From: Candidatus Scalinduaceae bacterium
GTDB taxonomy: Bacteria > Planctomycetota > Brocadiia > Brocadiales > Scalinduaceae
Assembly (NCBI GenBank): GCA_046759445.1
Contig: JBHICG010000085.1
Coordinates: 1-12,819 of the forward strand
Direction of reading: 5' to 3'
Length of the DNA: 12,819 nt
A program made the translations under genes and the position numbers. The notes below the pieces were generated by a model. It was not told where the DNA came from. It worked only from the letters and a program-made list of their open reading frames with translations, and made no database searches. Shown here piece after piece: positions 6,968 to 12,819 of the stretch. Position 1 is the stretch's first letter. Each line of letters opens with the position of its first letter.

Positions 6968-8362
6968 ATGGATATTAAGGTTGATTTTACAAATATGATG
7001 GCAGATGTCATAGGTGAAGAACACGGCATTAGGGATAGAGAAATAAAGGACGTGAATGAACTGGCTTCAAAAAGTATAAGTGAATTGCAGGAGGAAAGGA
7101 AAGAAGGCAAACTTCCTTTTATGGATCTACCCTATCAGAATGATTTAGTTGATGAGATAGAAAAGACGGCAGATGAAATAACAGAAAGGTTTGAAAACTT
7201 TGTGGTTTTGGGAATAGGCGGTTCGGCATTAGGTAATATAGCCCTGCATAATGCACTTAATCATCCATATTACAATTTACTTGATAAGGAAGCAAGAAAT
7301 GGCCACCCAAAGATATTCGTAATGGATAATGTTGACCCTGATAAATTTTCTGGCTTTCTTGATATTGTCGATCCCAAGACTACGATGTTCAATGTGATTA
7401 CAAAATCAGGCACAACGGTGGAAACCATGTCACAATTTCTTATTATGAGCAAAATGCTTAAAGGCAGGATAGGCAAAAATTATTGTGATAATTTCATATG
7501 TACGACTGATAAAAGCCAAGGATTGTTAAGAGAGATAGCAGACAGTGAGGGGTTTAGGTCATTTATAATTCCTGATGGAGTAGGGGGCAGGTATTCGGTC
7601 TTAACGCCTGTTGGATTACTTTCTGCATCCGTTAGTGGTATAAATATCAATGAATTGTTATCAGGCGCAAGTAGTATGGATGAAAGATGCCAGTTTGATT
7701 ATATTAACGATAACCCCGCATTAATGAATGCACTGTTACAATACGTTAGTTATAAGAAAAAAGGCTTAAACATTTTGATAATGATGGCTTACTCCAATGC
7801 GCTCAGTGGCATTGTGGACTGGTTTTGTCAGTTGTGGTCAGAGAGCCTTGGAAAGGAGGGCTCTATAAGTGGAGAGATAGTTAATTGTGGCTCTACACCC
7901 GTAAAGGCAATAGGAGTAACGGACCAGCATTCACAATTGCAACTCTATATGGAAGGGCCATTCGATAAGACCATAACATTTTTGCATGTCAAAAAATTTG
8001 ATAAAAACATAGCAATACCGAAGGGCACGATTGATAAACTGGAATATCTTGGAGGCCGTACATTAAATGATCTGATGGAGGCCGAAATGATTGGAACGCA
8101 ACTGGCCCTGACTGAAAACAAAAGGCCGAATTGTACCATTACGCTTCCTGAGGTTTCAGAGTCTACAATCGGACAACTCCTCTATATGTTTGAGGTTCAG
8201 ACTGCTTTAGTCGGCAAGATGTACGGAATCAACCCCTTTGACCAGCCAGGTGTGGAGGCTGGCAAGATAAATGCTCATGCCATACTAGGTCGGAAAGGAT
8301 TTGAAGAAAGACGTAAAGAGATTGAAAGTTATCAAAAGACGGGTAGCAAACATATTGTTTAA
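6968..8362 (+). CDS. pgi: Glucose-6-phosphate isomerase
   Basis: VLGIGGSALG, TKSGTTVET, VGGRYSVLTPVG, QLWSESLGK, DQHSQLQLY, INPFDQPGVEAGK. Start placed at ATG 6968, which has GGAG 6 nt upstream; the ORF track starts at 6935. Confidence 0.96.
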   Translation: MDIKVDFTNMMADVIGEEHGIRDREIKDVNELASKSISELQEERKEGKLPFMDLPYQNDLVDEIEKTADEITERFENFVVLGIGGSALGNIALHNALNHPYYNLLDKEARNGHPKIFVMDNVDPDKFSGFLDIVDPKTTMFNVITKSGTTVETMSQFLIMSKMLKGRIGKNYCDNFICTTDKSQGLLREIADSEGFRSFIIPDGVGGRYSVLTPVGLLSASVSGININELLSGASSMDERCQFDYINDNPALMNALLQYVSYKKKGLNILIMMAYSNALSGIVDWFCQLWSESLGKEGSISGEIVNCGSTPVKAIGVTDQHSQLQLYMEGPFDKTITFLHVKKFDKNIAIPKGTIDKLEYLGGRTLNDLMEAEMIGTQLALTENKRPNCTITLPEVSESTIGQLLYMFEVQTALVGKMYGINPFDQPGVEAGKINAHAILGRKGFEERRKEIESYQKTGSKHIV

Positions 8363-8443
8363 CATTTCAAAATCATAACATCATATGAGCAAGTTGTACA
8401 AAGTGTAGATCATTGTCTTCTATTACGGCCGCTAAGCGATAGA

Positions 8444-8472
8444 GTGCCATGGGTTGGCCCGAGGGCGTCTAC
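8444..8472 (-). repeat. Degenerate GTAG-type REP-like palindrome between convergent pgi and iscS-like gene
   Basis: The minus strand immediately after the stop reads GTAGACGC-CCTCGGG-CCAA-CCCATGG-CAC, a GTAG tag followed by an imperfect GC hairpin. Confidence 0.4.
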
Positions 8473-9645
8473 TTATCCCTTCTGAATATCTTCGTATAAA
8501 GGAGACATTTCTCGCAATCTTTTGATAATGGGAGGCAGAGCCTCTATAACATACTCGATGTGTTCTTCAGAATTATCTATTCCTAAACTAAATAGTATTG
8601 ACCCCTGAGCCACCGCATCTTCCACCCCCATTGCGCTTAATACGTGTGATGACTTTAAGGCTCTGGAGGTGCATGCAGAACCAGAAGAGACGGCTATCCC
8701 CTTCATATCAAGAAATAGTAGAATAGATTCGCCCTCGACATATTCTATACTTACATTTATGTTGTTAGGTAATCTCTTCTCAGGATGACCATTCAGGTGG
8801 ATATGATCTATTAAATTCATTAAGCCATTTAATAACTTGTCACGTAAAGGTATCAGCGTCCTTGTCCGTGTTTCCATCTCTTTCTTTGCCAATTCTGCAG
8901 CTTTCCCCATGCCTACTATACCAGGAATATTTTCAGTACCTGCACGGCGTCCGCCTTCCTGTACTCCACCTTCAATAAAGGGAACAATCCTTGTCTTTTC
9001 TTTAAGGAAAAGTGCCCCTACACCTGGCGGGCCATAGAATTGATTACTGGACAGACTCATTGCATCTGCCATCATCCTGTTTACGTCTACGGGAATAGAA
9101 CCCGTTGATGCAACGGCATCGACATGAAATAGTACACCGTGCTCCTTAACTACCTTTCCGATTTCTTCGATTGGTTCGATGGTACCCACCTCCGTATTTG
9201 CATGCATGATAGAGACGAGTATTGTTTCTGGAGTGATGGCCTTTGCAACTTCATCGGGATCTATCATACCATACCTATCAACGGGTACATGTGTAACCCT
9301 AAAACCTACCTTTTCGAGCCTTTTAAGTGGGTTAAGGACTGAAAAATGTTCCACTTTAGATGTGATAATGTGTTTGCCCTTTTTCTGATTTGCCAAAGCC
9401 AACCCTCTCAGGGCAAAATTATTCGTCTCACTCCCACTTGATGTAAAGATTATTTCTTCAGCTTTAGCGCCGATGAGTGAAGCGACCTCTTCCCTGGCAG
9501 TTCTAACTACTTTATTAGCCGTCTGCCCAAAATGGTGCAGATTTGATGGGTTGCCATAGCAGTTCTTTATAGAATCAATCATTGCTTCTATGATGGAAGG
9601 ATGAATTGGCGTGCAAGAAGCATGATCAAGGTATATTTTTTCCAA
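8473..9645 (-). CDS. iscS: IscS/NifS-family (group I cysteine desulfurase fold) protein lacking the PLP-binding lysine
   Basis: 390 aa. YLDH, YGNPS, EIIFTS, VEH, RAGTEN, VEGES, SSGSACTS..SHVL. Canonical SAHKxYGPKG is SSNQFYGPPG here. TTG start with SD AAAGGAG 8 nt upstream. Confidence 0.9.
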   Translation of the reverse strand: MEKIYLDHASCTPIHPSIIEAMIDSIKNCYGNPSNLHHFGQTANKVVRTAREEVASLIGAKAEEIIFTSSGSETNNFALRGLALANQKKGKHIITSKVEHFSVLNPLKRLEKVGFRVTHVPVDRYGMIDPDEVAKAITPETILVSIMHANTEVGTIEPIEEIGKVVKEHGVLFHVDAVASTGSIPVDVNRMMADAMSLSSNQFYGPPGVGALFLKEKTRIVPFIEGGVQEGGRRAGTENIPGIVGMGKAAELAKKEMETRTRTLIPLRDKLLNGLMNLIDHIHLNGHPEKRLPNNINVSIEYVEGESILLFLDMKGIAVSSGSACTSRALKSSHVLSAMGVEDAVAQGSILFSLGIDNSEEHIEYVIEALPPIIKRLREMSPLYEDIQKG

Positions 9646-9666
9646 TGTCTTTACTCCTTTATATTA

Positions 9667-9695
9667 TGCGTTCCCAAGTGGAACTTGGGAACGCA
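9667..9695. repeat. Perfect intergenic hairpin (REP-like) between pcrA and iscS-like gene
   Basis: TGCGTTCCCAAG (9667-9678)/CTTGGGAACGCA (9684-9695) form a 12-bp perfect IR, or 13 bp with the inner T-A pair. Confidence 0.8.
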
Positions 9696-9712
9696 CTTTT
9701 CTTAAAAGCTTT

Positions 9713-11944
9713 TCATCTACAATAACTTTCCATTTTTTCTAATTTTGCGTATTCCAGAACTAACTTTTTAATACCAACTCTACCAAAATCAACAAATACT
9801 ATGTCAGAAGAGGGATTGATTTTTGTAATTCTTCCACGACCGAAGTGTGCGTGCTCTACAATATCACCGGAGTTTAAGGTGGTGTTGATATTTGCATGAG
9901 GTTGTAGCTCCTGATTAAGGTTGTCTTTCTCCTTCGTGTTACTATGATTCGAGTCATACTCTGAATCCAGAAATTCTGTGACGTCTTTTTTATACTCAGT
10001 CTGAAACTCATCAATATCGGAATGACAGTCTGTTTTGTCAATTGCTTCTATAGATTCTTGGGGTATCTCATGCAAAAACCTGGAAGGAATGCATGGTGTT
10101 CGCTGGCCAAATTTAGTTCTGTGTCTGGTATGGGTCATAAACAACTCCTTTTGTGCCCTGGTGATACCCACGTAACACAAACGACGTTCTTCCTCTATCT
10201 CATCATCCGAATCCTTTGATTGTGAATGCGGCAATAAACCTTCCTCAAATCCTGCTATAAATACAACCGGAAACTCTAACCCTTTTGCAGCATGCAGTGT
10301 CATAAGAGTGACTGCTTCTGTGCTATCGTCCCATTTGTCGATGTCTGAAATTAATGATACCTCTTCTAAGAAGCCCTGGAGCGATCCTTCTGGATTTGAG
10401 ATGTCGTATTCAAGGGCTGCGTTTACGAGCTCTTCAATATTTTCTAATCTCTCTGCACTTTTCTTGCCGTAAGACTCTTTCAGGTAATCCACATATCCGA
10501 TCTTGTCAATTACTTGTTTTACAAAATCCACAACAGGGTAAGTTGGCATCTTGCATAATCCGGAAAATACATTCCAGAAATCTTTTACTTTTTTAGTACT
10601 ATTCGCCATGATATTCGGAACTTCCTGAATGCGGGATATTGCCTCCAGCAGGCTTAAGTTGTTTTTGTATGTCCATTCCTTTAGCCGTTTTGTAGTTGTA
10701 GGCCCGATGCCCCTTGGGGGAACGTTCACTATTCTTTCAAATGACAAATCATCATCTGGATTTGAGCAGAGTTTCAGATAAGAAAGGATATCTTTTATTT
10801 CCTTTCTTTTGAAGAACTCAACGCTTCCCACAATCGAGTAAGGGATACCTTCCTTGCGTAAATAACTTTCAAATACCCTTGACTGCGCATTTGTACGGTA
10901 AAAAATTGCTATATCAGAATGCTTGTTTCCGTTATTTATAAATTCAATAATGTAGCTAGCTGTCTCCATTGCTTCAATATTTTCATCCTCGCAGTGTATT
11001 ACCCTCACCTTATTTCCTTCATTATTTTGAGTCCAGAGAGATTTAGGTTTCCTCGATCTATTATTCTTAATTACCTCTGAGGCGACATTAAGGATTATCT
11101 TGGTAGAACGATAATTCTGTTCAAGACGGACTATCTTTGCATCCGGATAATCTCTTTCAAAGTTGAGTATGTTCTGTACATTGGCGCCACGCCATCCATA
11201 TATGGATTGGTCGGGGTCTCCGGTGGCACATATATTTTTGTAATTTTGAGACAAAAGTCTGGTGATTGTATATTGCGCATGATTTGTGTCCTGGTACTCA
11301 TCAATGAGTATATATTTAAATTTACTTTGATATTTCTCCAATACTTCAGGATAATTTTCAAAAAGATGCACAACCATGAAAAGTAGGTCATCAAAATCAA
11401 GGGCATTATTTGCTTCAAGGAATTTCTGATACTTTTCATATACTTTAGAAACGACGTTATTATAGTATCCTGACCTGTATTCAGAAAATTTCTCAGCGCT
11501 TAGCAGCTCATTTTTTGCATTACTTATTGATGCAGCTACGGAACCTGGCCGCCAATTTGTTGTGTCTAGATTAAGTTCATTCATCACGGTTTTGATGCAA
11601 CTAATCTGGTCGCCGGAGTCATATATACTAAATTGTTTGGAGTAACCTAAAGGTTCTATCTCATTCCTTAATATCCTTGCACACATGGCATGAAACGTTG
11701 AAATCCACATACCCTTTTGATTTAGAAATTCACATAATCTTTCCTTCATTTCATTGGCGGCCTTATTAGTGAATGTTATGGCCAGGATATTATACGGAGA
11801 AACACCTTCATCAACAAGATATCCTATCCTGCGTGTGATTACCCTTGTCTTGCCACTTCCAGCACCTGCAATCACGAGCAAAGGACCATCTATATGTGTA
11901 ATTGCCTCTTTTTGAGATTCAGTTACATTGTCTAAGATATTCAT
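9713..11944 (-). CDS. pcrA: ATP-dependent DNA helicase PcrA/UvrD
   Basis: AGAGSGKT, AITFTNKAANEM, LDFDDLL, DEYQDTN, GDPDQSIYGWRGA, LEQNYRST, YRTNAQSR, MTLHAAKGLEF, EEERRLCYVGITRA, PSRFL, and a C-terminal Tudor-like domain (GDIVEHAHFGRG). ATG 11944 is preferred over TTG 11965. Confidence 0.96.
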   Translation of the reverse strand: MNILDNVTESQKEAITHIDGPLLVIAGAGSGKTRVITRRIGYLVDEGVSPYNILAITFTNKAANEMKERLCEFLNQKGMWISTFHAMCARILRNEIEPLGYSKQFSIYDSGDQISCIKTVMNELNLDTTNWRPGSVAASISNAKNELLSAEKFSEYRSGYYNNVVSKVYEKYQKFLEANNALDFDDLLFMVVHLFENYPEVLEKYQSKFKYILIDEYQDTNHAQYTITRLLSQNYKNICATGDPDQSIYGWRGANVQNILNFERDYPDAKIVRLEQNYRSTKIILNVASEVIKNNRSRKPKSLWTQNNEGNKVRVIHCEDENIEAMETASYIIEFINNGNKHSDIAIFYRTNAQSRVFESYLRKEGIPYSIVGSVEFFKRKEIKDILSYLKLCSNPDDDLSFERIVNVPPRGIGPTTTKRLKEWTYKNNLSLLEAISRIQEVPNIMANSTKKVKDFWNVFSGLCKMPTYPVVDFVKQVIDKIGYVDYLKESYGKKSAERLENIEELVNAALEYDISNPEGSLQGFLEEVSLISDIDKWDDSTEAVTLMTLHAAKGLEFPVVFIAGFEEGLLPHSQSKDSDDEIEEERRLCYVGITRAQKELFMTHTRHRTKFGQRTPCIPSRFLHEIPQESIEAIDKTDCHSDIDEFQTEYKKDVTEFLDSEYDSNHSNTKEKDNLNQELQPHANINTTLNSGDIVEHAHFGRGRITKINPSSDIVFVDFGRVGIKKLVLEYAKLEKMESYCR

Positions 11945-11963
11945 GGTTTGTGAATTAGCTATC

Positions 11964-12005
11964 AAAGTGAGCTAATGTAAAAAGTGATCTAAAGTGCCTA
12001 AAGTT
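11964..12005. repeat. Degenerate short tandem repeat (AAAGTG-based, 9-10 bp unit)
   Basis: AAAGTGAGCT (11964), AAAGTGATCT (11981), AAAGTGCCT (11991), AAAGTT (12000). Confidence 0.55.
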
Positions 12006-12118
12006 AATAAAATATAACTTCTTTGAAGTTCACTTCTTGCCAATAGATGTAAAAATAGCTAGCAGTTCACTGTACTTTTTATATTCTAATTTTACTTTTT
12101 CCAAGATAACGCCAGCCG

Positions 12119-12796
12119 TCACTCGCTAGATTGTTTAACTGATTTGTTAGTACTTTTTTCTTTATTTAACCCTTCTGATTGCTCAACAATACCCCTCTTT
12201 TCTAAATACTTTACTAAAGAAGGATTTAATGCAATTTTACCTTCTTTTATATCTTGCCCTATTGCTCTAACAACAATTGACACAGTAGCATGGTAAACTT
12301 CAATTGCATCTTTTGATAATGTGCGATGGTCTTGAGACCATAAGTGTAAATACTTCTTTCGCTTATTTCGAATTAAATCAAATGATTTTTTTATTTCATC
12401 GTTGATAATACTGTAGGCATAAAGAACCTGCACACGCCTATCTTGCCCTAGCTTTTCGAAAGTACTTCCAAAAAGTGATTTCTGATCATGCTCGTTCATA
12501 CTCTTATTGTTGAGCTTAAAATCACATATCTCAAATAAAAGGATGGCAACCATTTCAGCCACCATCCCACATAGGGAAATAGTACCCAAATAATTCCCAA
12601 TCATATAACTTGCCTTTGCATTACGGAGAGGAAATATAAGTTTGTGTAGTATTCTCTCATCTGCTGGTGCAATAAATAAACGTGGTTTTTCAACACTTAT
12701 TTCCTTATACCTTTTGATTAATGCATCTAAATCACTTTTATTGTATGGCCCGCAAACAAATTTGATAATAGGCTTATCCGGTTGACTGCCGTTAGT
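12119..12796 (-). CDS. Hypothetical protein with HEPN-like features; 5' end unresolved, possibly frameshifted
   Basis: The frame stays open 64 codons upstream of ATG 12604 with no canonical start, up to an in-frame TGA at 12799-12797. It has LRNAKASYMIGNYLGTISLCGMVAE (HEPN-like N-terminal helices) and an R-x4-H motif RKKYLH (12361-12344). Confidence 0.6.
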   Translation of the reverse strand, partial: TNGSQPDKPIIKFVCGPYNKSDLDALIKRYKEISVEKPRLFIAPADERILHKLIFPLRNAKASYMIGNYLGTISLCGMVAEMVAILLFEICDFKLNNKSMNEHDQKSLFGSTFEKLGQDRRVQVLYAYSIINDEIKKSFDLIRNKRKKYLHLWSQDHRTLSKDAIEVYHATVSIVVRAIGQDIKEGKIALNPSLVKYLEKRGIVEQSEGLNKEKSTNKSVKQSSE

Positions 12797-12819
12797 TCAA
12801 CATCTGGTGATTCTCGGTT

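Noticed and set aside
5654..8139. Minus-strand ORFs 5654..5881, 6542..6835, 7270..7476, 7945..8139
   Set aside because: Antisense shadows of the pyrophosphorylase and pgi.
9667..9700. Rho-independent terminator for pcrA
   Set aside because: No U-tract follows the stem on the coding strand.
8837..11439. Short ORFs within the iscS-like gene and pcrA
   Set aside because: Nested in conserved genes with no independent evidence.

Overview
AT-rich bacterial chromosomal window made mostly of housekeeping genes. In order: a small His-motif membrane protein (-), uvrB (-), an AI-2E family transporter (-), a ComEA-like HhH protein (-), a eukaryotic-type UDPGP/UAP1-family pyrophosphorylase plus pgi (+), an IscS/NifS-family protein (-), pcrA/uvrD (-), and a HEPN-like ORF with an unresolved, probably frameshifted 5' end (-). 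The UAP1-type enzyme and general style suggest a PVC/Planctomycetota (possibly anammox) host; this is inference only. Main observations: (1) the IscS homologue has lost the PLP-binding Lys and three other active-site residues but keeps the catalytic-loop Cys, like the desulfurase-inactive Archaeoglobus IscS, and has no adjacent iscU; (2) two divergent inverted copies of a double-hairpin element with compensatory stem changes at 219-404; (3) a nested MITE-like element with TIRs and a 5-bp direct repeat in the probable uvrB 5' leader; (4) a possible HEPN RNase cassette remnant ending in an attC-like fragment. Most intergenic gaps carry a palindromic element. No rRNA, tRNA, CRISPR array or transposase was seen.
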